From Polyangiaceae bacterium (GTDB taxonomy: Bacteria > Myxococcota_A > Polyangia > Polyangiales > Polyangiaceae): 64,000 nucleotides of DNA. Location of the stretch: the NCBI GenBank assembly GCA_965222375.1, contig CBDCTZ010000013.1, forward strand, positions 288,001-352,000. Direction: 5' to 3'. Position numbers and translations under genes: made by a program. The first letter of the stretch is position 1. Each line of letters opens with the position of its first letter. Below the pieces are notes generated by a model. That model did not search any database, had not been told where the DNA came from, and saw nothing but the letters and a program-made list of their open reading frames with translations. Shown here piece by piece: positions 19,501 to 28,152 of this stretch.

Positions 19501-21878
19501 AGCGGGATCAGCTTCTTCGCGGCCTGAACCGCGTTGGGATCCGTCGCCAAGATGCGCTCGTAAGAACGGAACGCTCGCTCCGCCTCGCCCAGCTTGTCCT
19601 CGTAGACGGCGGCCGCACGGTACGAGATCTCAATCTTCGCTTGATCGTCCTTGGTGCGGTCCGCGGCGTTGCTGAGAACCTCTGCCAGGCCTTCCCAGTC
19701 ATTCTGGGAACCGTACAGTTCCTCCAGCCCATCGTAGTCGCCGGTCTCCAGGTAGGACTCCCGGAGGACGCGCAGCGCGCGGTGATGTCCCGGTGACAAG
19801 TCGAGGACGCGCCGCCAGGTCTTGGTGGCGTTGGCCGGGTCTTTCAACTGGTCGGCGTACACGCCTCCCAATCGCGTGAGGCCAGCCAAGCTTGCTTCGT
19901 CATCTTCGGCGCCTTCGACACGCTTCTCCAATACGTCCGCCAGGGTGGCCCAGTCCTTGGTGCGTTCAGCGTGACGCTCGAGAGCGTCCAGCACGTCCGT
20001 GCGGGTGGGATCGAGCTCCAAGATTCGGCGATAGAGCTGCACCGCCTCGGCGGCCTTGCCGAGGCGTTCGGCTGCGAGCTGCGCCATCTCCTTGAGCACG
20101 GGAACTGCTGCGGCTCCCTCCAGGTCGGCCAACTCGCTCTCGTAGAGCTCGTAGAGGGACGGCCAAGCGCGGCGCTTGCGATACAGCTCGTGCAACCGCT
20201 CCCGGGCCTCCCGGTCGGTCCGATCCACCGCAAGCAAGGCCTCGTAGGCCTCGGTCGCGTTCTGGACGTTTGAGAATTGCTCCAGCCAACGCCGCGCGGC
20301 GCTGCGATAGAGTTCCTTCTTTTCGTCAACGTCAGGCGCGATTTGGGCAAGGCGCAGCTGGTTCGTGAGTAGATCTCGCCAGCGTCCGAGCTTTTCGTAG
20401 AGCTGCACCAGTTCGCGCACCTCCGCGACGTCCTGCTCGTCGAGCTTTTCGTCGAGCTGGACGATTTGATTCAGCACGGAGACCAGTGCGGTGTCGCTCT
20501 TGATGTATTGCCGGTATACCGCCGCAACATCACGCAGAATGGCAACGCGAGCCGCGACCTCCGAAGCGTCTACGCGCTCCAATTGTTGGCGCAGCAACTC
20601 TACGAGGGCATTGTAGCCTTGCGTCTGCTTGTACAGGCGCTTCAGTGCGTCACGGGCATCAGCGTTATCCGGATCCTGGCGCAACACGCCCTTGTACTGT
20701 TCGATGGCTTTCTGGGCGTCCTCTTGCCCCTCCATCAGATGTGCGATTTCTGACGACAGTTCTGTCTTCTCAGGGCCGTCTTTCAGGGAGCGTTGTGCGT
20801 TCTGCAGGATTTCGATCAGGCGCCCCTCTTGGCTCAGCTCGGCCGCGTACTCTCGGTAGAAGCCGAGCATCCCAGGATGGGTTGGCTCGAGCTTTGCGAT
20901 CCGTTCGAACCAGGCCTCTGCGTCCTTCGGGCGCTCAGCGCGCTTCCAGTACAACATCGCGATCTGGAGCATGTCACCCACCCGCTCCGGGCTGGTCAGA
21001 TCCTTGCTCTTCAGGTCCCGTTCGTACAGCGCGACCAGCTCGTCCCAGCGGCCTTCGCGCTCGTAGTATTCCGCCAGGAACGCCTTGGCTTCGGCGTGAT
21101 CCGGACGGTCCTTGAGCACCCGCTCGTAGGCACGCGAGGAGCGGGCCTCGTCCGACTTCTTGCTGCGATACAGCCGCGCGAGGCGAACGCCGCAGGCCAC
21201 GCGATCCGTGGCGGTTTCCGCACGGTCCGAGAGCCGCTCCAGCACCGGGGCAACGTCATCCCACTTTTCGCTGCGACTGTAGACGAGCTCCAACATGCGT
21301 CCGGCGCGCACGTTGGTAGGATCGAGACGGACGGCCTGCTCCAGCTTTTCGATCACCGCGCCTTCGTCGACTGCGTCGGCACCGAACCGGAGCTCCATCT
21401 CCGCGGCGCGCATCAGCATCGAGCTCTTGTACACGTCGTCGGGTGCTTGCTCGGCTTCCCCGGCGTAGGTGGAAACCAAATCCTTCCACTTCTCCCGCTT
21501 GGTGTCGGCTTCTTCCAAGACCTCGCTGGCGCGGTCGTCACCGGGCACGACTTCCAGCAGGCGCTCGAGCACCGGCTTGGCCTTCGCGTCGTCCAACAGG
21601 TCTTCGCGCAAGACTCGGGCGTGTTCCCGAAGTAAGTCGACCTCGGCATCGGTGCCTTTGGCCGTGAAAGTTTCGAGTTCGAGCAGGCGACCAACGGCGG
21701 TCACCTCACCCCGCTCCGCGTGTTGCCCCCGTGCTGCAGCCAGAAGCTTCAGCAATTCATCGCTTTCAAGATCGCGATCATCTGCCGCAACTGCCGAGGT
21801 CATCACCTCCCAAGCAGCAGCAGCGTCGGGGTCGTCCTGGAGCTGTCCTAAAGCCGTGCGGATCGTCTCAGAATGCAT
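10533..21878 (-). CDS. Giant tetratricopeptide-repeat protein (~3780 aa), AgmK-like adventurous gliding motility protein
   Basis: Continuous TPR-like helical repeats (A..Y...L..DP....A...L..LY.....W..L) over 11.3 kb. Size and repeat style resemble myxobacterial AgmK. Likely start MHSETIR at 21878; 21887 and 21929 are alternatives. Confidence 0.85.
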   Translation of the reverse strand: MHSETIRTALGQLQDDPDAAAAWEVMTSAVAADDRDLESDELLKLLAAARGQHAERGEVTAVGRLLELETFTAKGTDAEVDLLREHARVLREDLLDDAKAKPVLERLLEVVPGDDRASEVLEEADTKREKWKDLVSTYAGEAEQAPDDVYKSSMLMRAAEMELRFGADAVDEGAVIEKLEQAVRLDPTNVRAGRMLELVYSRSEKWDDVAPVLERLSDRAETATDRVACGVRLARLYRSKKSDEARSSRAYERVLKDRPDHAEAKAFLAEYYEREGRWDELVALYERDLKSKDLTSPERVGDMLQIAMLYWKRAERPKDAEAWFERIAKLEPTHPGMLGFYREYAAELSQEGRLIEILQNAQRSLKDGPEKTELSSEIAHLMEGQEDAQKAIEQYKGVLRQDPDNADARDALKRLYKQTQGYNALVELLRQQLERVDASEVAARVAILRDVAAVYRQYIKSDTALVSVLNQIVQLDEKLDEQDVAEVRELVQLYEKLGRWRDLLTNQLRLAQIAPDVDEKKELYRSAARRWLEQFSNVQNATEAYEALLAVDRTDREARERLHELYRKRRAWPSLYELYESELADLEGAAAVPVLKEMAQLAAERLGKAAEAVQLYRRILELDPTRTDVLDALERHAERTKDWATLADVLEKRVEGAEDDEASLAGLTRLGGVYADQLKDPANATKTWRRVLDLSPGHHRALRVLRESYLETGDYDGLEELYGSQNDWEGLAEVLSNAADRTKDDQAKIEISYRAAAVYEDKLGEAERAFRSYERILATDPNAVQAAKKLIPLYEEDEKWARLPALYELLASAAEGPEKVDIYCNIIEITSGRLSDRKAAAAYAERVYGLAPERADVLRLFEDTSRAAGNLEPFVSALEARLQSIAAASAADAPPTSKKKKGKKKNQQQEEPAAGDGTEQRRLELMLGRAYQDDLDRVDDAVAVYKRLLDRNAQDTDAAEALEQLLRKNDRRDDLRWLLDLRVQSASSDNERVDLLSEWAILEEDVYQAPERAIALHRRTLEFAPDAADTLRTLARLLLDAAEVESAVEIIERHRDLLEGEERALREVDLAEIFLGRLDKPVLAQDAAVRALELEPGQPRAISVLEKLMEDESTRARAAEVLAAQYASGGEARREVQALSVMLDQATDAEERRSLFIRLADVHEEKLGAYGNALDVVLRAVRAFPTDVGFWDRADALAVLAGRPTELSEAFREVLRMELSPEDQVELCERASRLHEDRLGDPIGATPYLEKILDQDPGNEEAFLRLKDILTAAERWGELEALYDKAARATDDAARRVDMFVEVALISEEIIENSDKATQYYERIIELDPIHDVAIRALDRLYAKAERHEDLVGLLSRRLESAAGDELLELKIRLSRLLLEKLHQPEKAVEHVEDVLRERLNDYDARELAERLLEIGSLRLRAARMLETVYESRDEVRDLVRVLAIRLEEQDKEAGGEDASTELDDDRRDLLRRIANLRDERLHDDDGALAVLARLVPSDPLDLDARERLLEIGRRIGAHARVAEVLTAAAKRADTPGLQGEILMQVAEIQETLLNDTEAAESTYRAVLTLDESDAELVLPAARALERIHLGNDKPEQLGEVLRIQVKLEADGDARKALLGRLGELCQSVLGDTKGAIEAWRMRSEENPGDELALAALDKLYEESEQWRELVEVLSLRRDASEDSGMRRKLMVRVATTLSTKLDATSDSIDAWRVVLDEYGPDTEVLVALEGLYERAEQWHELSETYERHLDIVEADADRLELLAKLGSLKHRHLGDVEGALETYRRALTLDTSHEASRMALEELLESQDSFARREAASILHPIYEADGAHEKLLRVIEIEIDATDDTFDQLKGLEKAIQVAEVSLDNSGLAFKHAERAVRTAAGHTELAPWLEHIERLAEASSRQGDYVKILCDVVDEIFDGDIQLTVTLKIADIARHQLADRELAREYYQKALALRSDDKAALAALESLYEEMGDAPQLLEILERRADVLDDEDERKALMYRRARLLSDVLNDNSRAISVYENILDSGLDSQAIESLESLYTLEERWPDLQELYVRQLDATDEGGAGLRVKIAQVAAHRLNDMGRAFEELESALDEEGQHEGAIGELEKLLTKAPEAEHRSRAAAILEPVYLSRADFDRVMAAIEARLDYEQDPTERRELLGRLAQLHEEQKEDYRAALETTAKLLHEDLGDESTRGELERLAKVAGAERRLAEIYAAELEDYPGDDDTSFSLAQRAGELFTSLDDLEQGLTFYRRALAFEPENLELFNAVDDILSRTGRHEERVEHYRQGLDHRFDPAERLAAHHTIAGLLENELDRKDEAIEAYRSALETEETDETAASRLTDLYAAAERHDDLSELLLRRAELADSPEQAAEHRVTLAKLLAGPMNDPDRAIDQLDEVVRSVPGHADAVRQLEAFLDNDTYKERVVEILRPLYEGADDWQRLINLNEERYALADGASEKVLVLRETAELWETRGGDLHRAERALTVALSLDPDDGEVRGELERVVEATGEWDRLSAAYEDALERHPDMISRRDVLAKLAEVHDQRRDDPRAALDAYTRLRAADEADPEPLAKMEQLATLLSDWSVLIEVLRAKAEFSLDDEERASLWRRIGEAKRDMLEDSPGAIASYERALELEPDSAFTVDCLIELREERDDAEELVDLYQRRVELTGDDDADLCYELLVSAAKVFENKLEDRSRAIDSLNQALAARPDDDTVITALGRLYRAEEMWPELLDNLRLSASRSDSAETRAEVRRQMGEILADKMSSWEDALEAYRQVLDDAPGDEAATQAVLVIGREHEDLRETVTQILVPVLTSSEKWRSLPEVLEMRLSVETDTAVRAETLTQIADVHETKLSEPEQALGAALRALSERPESSELHALAERLSASADSWGTYADALTERAQSTFDPDVAKDLYSRLGKIAEENLSDPSRAIEAYRSAIDQAGDQPELLSALDRLYTATNDAQALSDILERRVLAETDETSQAELYHRLGVVQATEFSEPSRALSSFRAALERVSDHTGAIEELEKLTSERDLFEEAAEILEEVYRQQSRTDSLASLYEKRVGFADTPGERIDMRKNLARVLEEDCSDASAAQRVLQQGLSDDPTDATLLDDIERLAETTSNWEGAAAALRTALEQATDIPPDTARDLAVRLSTWQRDKVEDPKAAEEALEKALSFDPQSDDVLVLIEQLQRVEGRERDLIKTLRQRAKLSLDDQRREDLYREAKGLADGLEDAELTEAILRELLEHDDTNLWALDQLTEIRERAEDWRETFDLIVRRSELRAQGDVVRELRHRAASIAREHLGEPEKAIELYDELFEAEPTDTAASSALRELFFKTERWDDLSRLLERLTDLADSDTERATLKVETARLNVERFEATDTAIEILRGVLQDNAGHSEAVVLLSELYEKADRDEDLADLLSQQIEIAAEAGDQGAELTFRVRLGEICENRLQDKAKAIATYQSVLERDPEHHGALEALARLYTAEGRHADAGDVLEKLVGQAEGEAALGLVLQLADVRGEAKDAEGVARALERGLALESVGASELTSQIRDRLRAHYESEKTWDKLAAFIAEDADLAEGAEKKVDLLRRAAEIHSTQREDHAQAAELLEKASALMPEDRQLMLELCDSFSASGRGKAAAEVLEKIVESYGGKRSKELGEIHRRLADAYLAEGDTERALSELDRAFRIEPGNVAVLHKLGSVALEANDLKKAQQMYRALLLQKLDDKSPITKPEVFMHLGQVHEKLGEKPKAIQMYDRAVQSDASLEFAKERLAELKG

Positions 21879-21977
21879 GGGTCCCATCCGTGTCCGCCGG
21901 CGATGGGGGAGCGCCCCACGCCGGCGCAAGGGGCTCCGACACTACGGCGCGCGCCGGGGGGTGACAAGCCTTGTAAA

Positions 21978-22832
21978 TCAGTGATTTTTCTGCTCTTCAC
22001 GGCGGGTTTTCAGCCGTTTGAGCAAGGAGCGTTGGCGCCGGACCACCCCCGGGGCCGCCCCCCCCTTTTCCGCGTCGCGGATCGCCGCCTCGGCCTGCTC
22101 CAGACGCCCGAGGCGCAGAAGGGCGTAGGCCCGCCCCAAATGGGCGTCTGCAAACCGTGGACGTGCGCGCAGTATCGCTCCGTAGTGGCGCAAGGCGGCT
22201 TCGTCGTCTTTCTCCACCAGAGCGGCGGTAGCGAGTCCCAGGCGGTTTTGAAGCGCCTCCGGATCTCGGGCAAGTCCCGTGCGGTAGGCCTGCTTGGCAC
22301 CTACAACATCGCCGAGTTTTAGGCGAACCAAACCGAGCACATGCCAGACTTTCGCGTCCTGGTCATCCCGGCGCAGGGCCTCCTCCAAGCGCGGCAGGGC
22401 CAATTCTGGGGCCCCCCACCGAGCGGCACGCATGCCGCCGGTGCGCGGGCCCGTCGGATCCTTGGGCGCCCGACGGCTCGCCCGGTCGTAGGCCTCCAGC
22501 GCCTCTTCGTAGCGGTGGGCCAGCTCCAGCGCATGGCCGAGTTCCACCAAAGGCTCGGGTTGGTTGGGGCCAATGCGTTTCTCGAAGACGGCGACCTCCG
22601 AGCGCACGAGCGCCAAGTTTCCCGTGACAGCCAGGGTTCGAATCAGTTGGCGGCGGGCGACATGGTCGTCGGGATGCTCCTTCAGGTGCTCTCGCAAAAC
22701 CGCTTCCGCCTCCTCCAAACGTCCCTTCTGCGCCAGCATGGCTGCGCGCTGGTCGGCACGGGGTTGCACGCCGCAGCCAGCAGACGCGAGCAGTACGCAT
22801 GCCACCAGGACGGCCGCTGAGAAATGCCTCAC
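21978..22832 (-). CDS. TPR-repeat lipoprotein
   Basis: Signal peptide ending ASAGC, followed by several TPRs. Confidence 0.82.
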   Translation of the reverse strand: MRHFSAAVLVACVLLASAGCGVQPRADQRAAMLAQKGRLEEAEAVLREHLKEHPDDHVARRQLIRTLAVTGNLALVRSEVAVFEKRIGPNQPEPLVELGHALELAHRYEEALEAYDRASRRAPKDPTGPRTGGMRAARWGAPELALPRLEEALRRDDQDAKVWHVLGLVRLKLGDVVGAKQAYRTGLARDPEALQNRLGLATAALVEKDDEAALRHYGAILRARPRFADAHLGRAYALLRLGRLEQAEAAIRDAEKGGAAPGVVRRQRSLLKRLKTRREEQKNH

Positions 22833-22925
22833 CCGCGAAACCTAGCGCGAACCGCGAGAAGGAAAAAATGACAACGGCCCAGCGGCCTTGCACGCCGCCG
22901 GGGGCAGGGCTACTCGACCCCCAGC

Positions 22926-23822
22926 ATGAAAGCCGAAGATATCAAGAAGATTGTGGTGATCGGGGCCGGTCAAATGGGCGGAGGCATCGCCCAAGTGTGC
23001 GCCCAAACGGGCTACGAAGTGCTCCTCAGCGACGCCAAGCAGGAGCTGGCCGAAAAGGGCAAGGCGAAGATCGCCAAAATCCTCGGCAAACAGGTGGACA
23101 AGGGCAAGCTAGCTGCTCACGACCGCCAGCGAACCCTGGACCTGCTCAAGCCGGTCGCCGGAAGCGAAGGCATTGAGACCGCAGATCTGGTCGTCGAGGC
23201 CGCGACGGAAAACCTTCAGGTGAAGACGGCGTTGTTCAAAGACGCCGACGCGCGCATGAAGCCCGGCGCGATCCTGGCCTCGAACACTTCGAGCATTTCG
23301 ATCACACGCCTTGCTGGCCAAACCGAGCGACCCGCGTCTGTGATCGGCATGCACTTCATGAATCCGGTACCACTCATGAAGCTGATCGAAATCGTACGCG
23401 GAGTGCAAACGAGCGACGAGACCACAACCACTGTGCGCACCCTGGCCGAGAAGCTGGGCAAGACAGTCATCACCAGCAAGGACCAGCCCGGCTTCGTCGT
23501 GAACCGCATGCTGGTTCCGTTCCTGAACGAAGCCTGCTTCGCGCTGCAAGAGGGCCTCGGCACTCCCGAGGACATCGATCAAGGCGCCAAACTCGGCCTG
23601 AACCACCCCATGGGCCCGCTAGAGCTCGCTGATCTGATCGGCTTGGACACTCTGCTGTTCATCGCCGAGGTGCTGCATCGCGAGTTCGGAGACGACAAAT
23701 ACCGGCCGGCCACGCTACTGCGCAACCTGGTCGCCGCTGGCTGGTACGGCCGCAAGAGCGGTCGCGGCTTCTACGTGTACGACGAACGAGGCAAGAACGT
23801 AGGCCGCGCTTTCGAGCGTTGA
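22926..23822 (+). CDS. hbd: 3-hydroxybutyryl-CoA dehydrogenase
   Basis: GAGQMGGGIA, EAATEN, ASNTSSISI, GMHFMNPVP, PGFVVNR, HPMGPLELADLIGLD. Confidence 0.93.
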   Translation: MKAEDIKKIVVIGAGQMGGGIAQVCAQTGYEVLLSDAKQELAEKGKAKIAKILGKQVDKGKLAAHDRQRTLDLLKPVAGSEGIETADLVVEAATENLQVKTALFKDADARMKPGAILASNTSSISITRLAGQTERPASVIGMHFMNPVPLMKLIEIVRGVQTSDETTTTVRTLAEKLGKTVITSKDQPGFVVNRMLVPFLNEACFALQEGLGTPEDIDQGAKLGLNHPMGPLELADLIGLDTLLFIAEVLHREFGDDKYRPATLLRNLVAAGWYGRKSGRGFYVYDERGKNVGRAFER

Positions 23823-23842
23823 GAGATCGAGGAGCGATAAGA

Positions 23843-24619
23843 ATGTACGAAACCATCGTTTACGACGCCCAAGACGGCATCGCAGTCGTCACCGTGAATC
23901 GGCCGGACAAGCTGAACGCCCTGTCTCGAAAGGTCGTCGCAGAGCTCACGCGAGCCTTCGACTCCCTCGAGAAAGATGGCGTTGTCGCGGCGATCCTGAC
24001 CGGCGCCGGCGAAAAAGCCTTCGTTGCCGGTGCGGACATCAAGGAAATGGCGGACCTAGGCCCTGCCGGAGCCAAGGCGTTTTCGGATGCTGGACACCGC
24101 CTGGGATACGCCATCGAGCTGGCACCGTGCCCTGTCATTGCTGCCGTCAATGGCTTCGCCCTCGGCGGTGGTTGCGAGCTCGCCCTGTCCTGCGACTTCA
24201 TCTACGCCTCTGAAAATGCGCGCTTCGGGCAGCCCGAGGTCAACTTGGGGCTGATGCCGGGCTTCGGTGGAACCCAGCGCCTGGCCCGTCGCATTGGACT
24301 GAGCAAGGCGCGGGAGCTCGTCTACACCGGTGACAACATCAAGGCGGCGGAAGCCGAACGCCTCGGCCTGGTCAACGGAGTCGTCCCTCAAGCCGAGCTC
24401 ATGGGCCACGTTCGATCCATCGCCGAGAAGATCGCGAGCAAGGCCCCTCTGGCGGTCGCAGCGTCCAAACGCGTCATGGCACGAGCTGCGGACGCCGATC
24501 TGGTCATCGCAAACGAGCTGGAGGCAACGGCATTCAGCGCGTTGTTCGGCAGCGAGGACATGCGAGAGGGCACTCGGGCGTTCATGGAAAAGCGCGCCGC
24601 CAAGTTCAGCGGCAAGTGA
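23843..24619 (+). CDS. crt: Enoyl-CoA hydratase (crotonase)
   Basis: NRPDKLNAL, AFVAGADI, GFALGGGCEL, FGQPEVNLG, PGFGGTQRL. ATG 23843 follows GAGGAG. Confidence 0.9.
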   Translation: MYETIVYDAQDGIAVVTVNRPDKLNALSRKVVAELTRAFDSLEKDGVVAAILTGAGEKAFVAGADIKEMADLGPAGAKAFSDAGHRLGYAIELAPCPVIAAVNGFALGGGCELALSCDFIYASENARFGQPEVNLGLMPGFGGTQRLARRIGLSKARELVYTGDNIKAAEAERLGLVNGVVPQAELMGHVRSIAEKIASKAPLAVAASKRVMARAADADLVIANELEATAFSALFGSEDMREGTRAFMEKRAAKFSGK

Positions 24620-26436
24620 GGCTCGTGCTCAGAAGCTCGCGTTTACAGCATCTCATCATCGCAGCTGCCGCGGCGGCTGCGTTGAGCGGCTGCGAGGGCT
24701 GTCAACGCAAGGACAAGCCCTACACGCCCTTCGGCATCGCATCTGTCGCGCCGCCGTCGGCGGGCGCGTCGGCCACTGGGGTCGCGAGCGCGGCGCCGGA
24801 CGCACGGGCGCCGACCTGGTCCAAGAAAATGGCCCTCGTCGCTCGCCCACCCGCGGCGCGATGGCAGCTGAAGGAGCGCGCCCTGGCGGCGCCCCCAGGT
24901 CGGCTGATCGAGCGGGGTTTGCTTCACGATTTCGACGCCGATGGCAAAGCGGAAGCCTTGGTTTGGACGGTTCCCGCAGAACCCAAGGGTTCGCCCGGAC
25001 AGCTGTACCGAATCGATGCGGACGAAAGGGCCACCCGACTGTTCAGCTTGCCTGGATTCGTCCCATCGGGCCCTGGCTGCAGGCTGCTACCCGAACTCGC
25101 CGTGACCGGAAAGGCAACCGCAACCCTGGACGTGCGCGCCAAGTGCTCCGTGGCGATGCTGTCGCGTGCGCCTATCCGTAGCCTCACCGTGCTGGCACCG
25201 GCTCGTTCGGCACCTGTGGTTGCGTCCCTGCGCATCATAGACCCAGGACCAAACCAACCCCTCAGCGTGGACGTGACCACCCAGGATCGCGATGCGGACG
25301 GGCGGGATGACCTCGCATTGCGAGTCAAGGTAGTGCACCGCAAGCGAACCCAGTCCGCTCAGTTCATTTGGTTCGACCGGGCCTCGGGAGTGGCTCGGGA
25401 CGTCTCGCAACCGCGGTCGGCTTTTCTATCCGCCGCGGGCCGGGCACGCTGGTCGTCGAAACGCAGCAAGCATGCAGCGAACGCACGCCTGGATGTCGCT
25501 GCGCTGCGTCGACTGATGGCCACCACTTGCGCCGAAGGCGGAGTGCCGCGGGTTCTGACCGAAGAGGGGTCGCCCCTGAGTTGCGGCAATCTCCAGCTGG
25601 TCTTGGATCGCGCCGCCGCCGCGGATGTCACGGCTGCATTGACCGCGAAAGACGTACTCGGTGCTTTCGCTGCCTACGAGCGCGCGGGTTGGTATCTGAA
25701 AGCACCTTCCGACAAGACCCGAACCAGTCTGGAAAAGTCGCTGCACGCTGCGGTGGACCTTCAACCCGCCGAGCGGGTTGCCACGAGCGTCACAGCTCAA
25801 GTCCACCAAGCGCCGGGCTACTTGCCCCTCCGCTACGAACCGCCGGCCACGCTATGGGTACTGACCGACGCGGGGCCCCGGGCGGTGGCTGCAGATGGAT
25901 CCCTGGCGGCGATCGACGAAGACGGCGACGGACCTGCCCCATGGCCGCTAGAGCTGAAGCGCGGGGACGGTGCGACTCTGACCGGCGTGGCCTACGCCTG
26001 TGACCGCCCGTGGGTGAGCCTCAGCTTCAAGCGCCAAGACGGCAAGCTGGACACGACGTCAACCCAGCTGCTCGCTCCCCGGCCGGGTACGTGTCGTCCC
26101 AATGCAACCTTCGACGCTCCGAGTGCCGTGGGTCTCGGCGTCAAGGGTGGATCCGTGGCCCTACTGCTGGGCGCGTCGCGGGTGGGCGCGAGTTTGAGTT
26201 TCGCTGATGCCACTCTGCGGGAGCAGCCAAAGGGCGCGCCGCGTTCCCCGAGTGGGAAGTACCTCGCCGTGCCGACGCCCCTCGGAGTGCTCGTCGCAAG
26301 CGCAACCAGTCACCGCCTGTGGCAGTTGGCTCAGCCTTGGCCGCACGCGCTAGTGGGCTGCGCCGTGAACGACGCCGCAAGCGCTCTCGCCTGCACCGAC
26401 GTCAAAGGTGGCGTATTCCTCGTCAACAAGAAGTGA
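24616..26436 (+). CDS. Hypothetical lipoprotein
   Basis: ALSGC lipobox (CEGC); two DxDxDG-type Ca-binding loops (DFDADGK, DRDADGRDD); start overlaps the crt stop. Confidence 0.72.
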   Translation: MRLVLRSSRLQHLIIAAAAAAALSGCEGCQRKDKPYTPFGIASVAPPSAGASATGVASAAPDARAPTWSKKMALVARPPAARWQLKERALAAPPGRLIERGLLHDFDADGKAEALVWTVPAEPKGSPGQLYRIDADERATRLFSLPGFVPSGPGCRLLPELAVTGKATATLDVRAKCSVAMLSRAPIRSLTVLAPARSAPVVASLRIIDPGPNQPLSVDVTTQDRDADGRDDLALRVKVVHRKRTQSAQFIWFDRASGVARDVSQPRSAFLSAAGRARWSSKRSKHAANARLDVAALRRLMATTCAEGGVPRVLTEEGSPLSCGNLQLVLDRAAAADVTAALTAKDVLGAFAAYERAGWYLKAPSDKTRTSLEKSLHAAVDLQPAERVATSVTAQVHQAPGYLPLRYEPPATLWVLTDAGPRAVAADGSLAAIDEDGDGPAPWPLELKRGDGATLTGVAYACDRPWVSLSFKRQDGKLDTTSTQLLAPRPGTCRPNATFDAPSAVGLGVKGGSVALLLGASRVGASLSFADATLREQPKGAPRSPSGKYLAVPTPLGVLVASATSHRLWQLAQPWPHALVGCAVNDAASALACTDVKGGVFLVNKK

Positions 26437-26457
26437 CGCGAACCAACGCGAAGTGCC

Positions 26458-27021
26458 TCAGGGCGCTTTGGCGCGCTCGAGGTAGCTCGCGGTACGAGTA
26501 TCCACCTTGATCCACTCACCCTCGGTGATGAACAGGGGCACCGCCACTGTGGCACCCGTGGAGATCTTGGCGGGCTTGGTCACGTTCGTGGCCGTATCAC
26601 CTTTGATGCCGGGCTCGGTTTCCACGATCTGTACGACGATGTGGGGTGGGAGGGCGACGCTCACGGGGTTGCCCTTGTAGATGGTCACGGAGCACTCGAG
26701 GCCGTCGATCAAGAAATTCGCGGCGTCGCCAACGGCGTCCTTGTGCACCGCGATCTGCTCGCCACTATTGGAGTTCATGAAGTTGTACATGTCACCATCG
26801 GGGTAGATGAACGTCATCGAGCGGTCCTCGACATCCGCCTGCTCCAGTTTTTCACCCGAGCGGATGTTGCGCTCCAGGGTGCCGCCGGTCAGCAGGTTCT
26901 TCATCTTGGTACGCGTGAAGGCTTGACCTTTGCCAGGTTTCACGAACTGGAACTCGACGACCACGTAGGGTTGGCCGTCCTGCATGATCTTCAGACCCTT
27001 TTTGATGTCACTGCTGTCCAT
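26458..27021 (-). CDS. efp: Translation elongation factor P
   Basis: MDSSDIKKG start at 27021, VKPGKGQAF, EPGIKGDTA, VPLFITEGE, KVDTR. Confidence 0.97.
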   Translation of the reverse strand: MDSSDIKKGLKIMQDGQPYVVVEFQFVKPGKGQAFTRTKMKNLLTGGTLERNIRSGEKLEQADVEDRSMTFIYPDGDMYNFMNSNSGEQIAVHKDAVGDAANFLIDGLECSVTIYKGNPVSVALPPHIVVQIVETEPGIKGDTATNVTKPAKISTGATVAVPLFITEGEWIKVDTRTASYLERAKAP

Positions 27022-27228
27022 GCTCTCGCTTCTATCTCCGGCCGCAACGCGCCGGTCTGCTTGAAATGGGCCTCCCAGGGCCCACGCCGCGGGTAGGCCT
27101 GTAGCGGGGTCCGCCCAGTCCTTCAAGCAGTTCCGCCAAAGCAGGTGATTTCCTAGAAGGTCCAGGCCATCCTGTGCCCGCCGCGGGCCCCCCTGTCATC
27201 CGCCAGGGGGCCGCGTCTGGGCCCGGTC

Positions 27229-28083
27229 ATGGACGAGTACGATCTAGAGGAAATCAAACGCGAAATCGTGGAGAGCCGCGCGCTCACGATCAAAACGAAC
27301 AACCTCGTCAATGCGCTGTCTGCAGACTTGAAGAGCATCGCAAAGCGGCAGCAAGGATACGAGCGCCGAATCATATTCAACAGCGCTGCCGCATACGTCG
27401 TCACCGTGGCGGTACTGTTCATCACTTTGAAGCTGGCTTGGGACGCCCGCCTGGATTCGGTGCGCGCGGAAAACAAGGGCTCCAAGGAGAAGCTCGTACA
27501 GCTCGACAAGGAGCTGAAGGCGGTGCTCAGCCGAGAAGAAGCCACTGCTCGGGCGGGTCGGCAAGCGGCGGAGTACTATGATCTGATCGTGCACAAGAAG
27601 CGACGAGAGCTCGTTGAGCGCTTCGACGAGGTCGCGAAACTGCCGCTGACTCGCACCGAGCGCGCCGTATTCGAAAATGCGGCGGACCGCTCCCGAAACG
27701 AACTATCCCTCATCGCGTACCAAAACGGACTCGACCACGCGCGCACGGCCCGATGGCACGAGGCGACGCAGGCCTTGTCCGAATCCTTGAAGTACAAGAC
27801 GGACGCGGCCCACTCGCCTCAAGCTCGCTACCAATTGGCACGCGCCTACAAACATCTGGGACGTCAACGCGAAGCGATCCCGATCCTGCTTTCGCTCTCT
27901 GAAGCGTCGGCTGACAAAGAAGTCATGGACGAAGCGACCATCTTGCTCGCCTACTGTCAGGTCGACATCCAAGCTTGGAACGACGCCAAGAATACGTTGC
28001 GTTCCTTCTTGCGGCGCTTTCCTTCGAGTTCACACGCAAACGACGCCAAGCTGAAGCTGGCGGAGCTCTCCTTGCATCACTGA
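27229..28083 (+). CDS. Membrane-anchored coiled-coil/TPR protein (CpoB/YbgF-like C-terminus)
   Basis: One TM segment, a coiled coil and C-terminal TPRs ending FLRRFPSSSHANDAK. Confidence 0.75.
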   Translation: MDEYDLEEIKREIVESRALTIKTNNLVNALSADLKSIAKRQQGYERRIIFNSAAAYVVTVAVLFITLKLAWDARLDSVRAENKGSKEKLVQLDKELKAVLSREEATARAGRQAAEYYDLIVHKKRRELVERFDEVAKLPLTRTERAVFENAADRSRNELSLIAYQNGLDHARTARWHEATQALSESLKYKTDAAHSPQARYQLARAYKHLGRQREAIPILLSLSEASADKEVMDEATILLAYCQVDIQAWNDAKNTLRSFLRRFPSSSHANDAKLKLAELSLHH

Positions 28084-28152
28084 GCTCGGACGCGCGTATG
28101 CGCGCGGACGCTTGCGACAGTCACGAATTCCCTCGAAAACGCCGAGATTCGT

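Noticed and set aside
26458..27021. Functional link between EF-P and the DHS-like gene at 57.9 kb (hypusine-like modification)
   Set aside because: The genes are 31 kb apart and the DHS-like gene is coupled to sugar genes. Nothing in the sequence supports a link.
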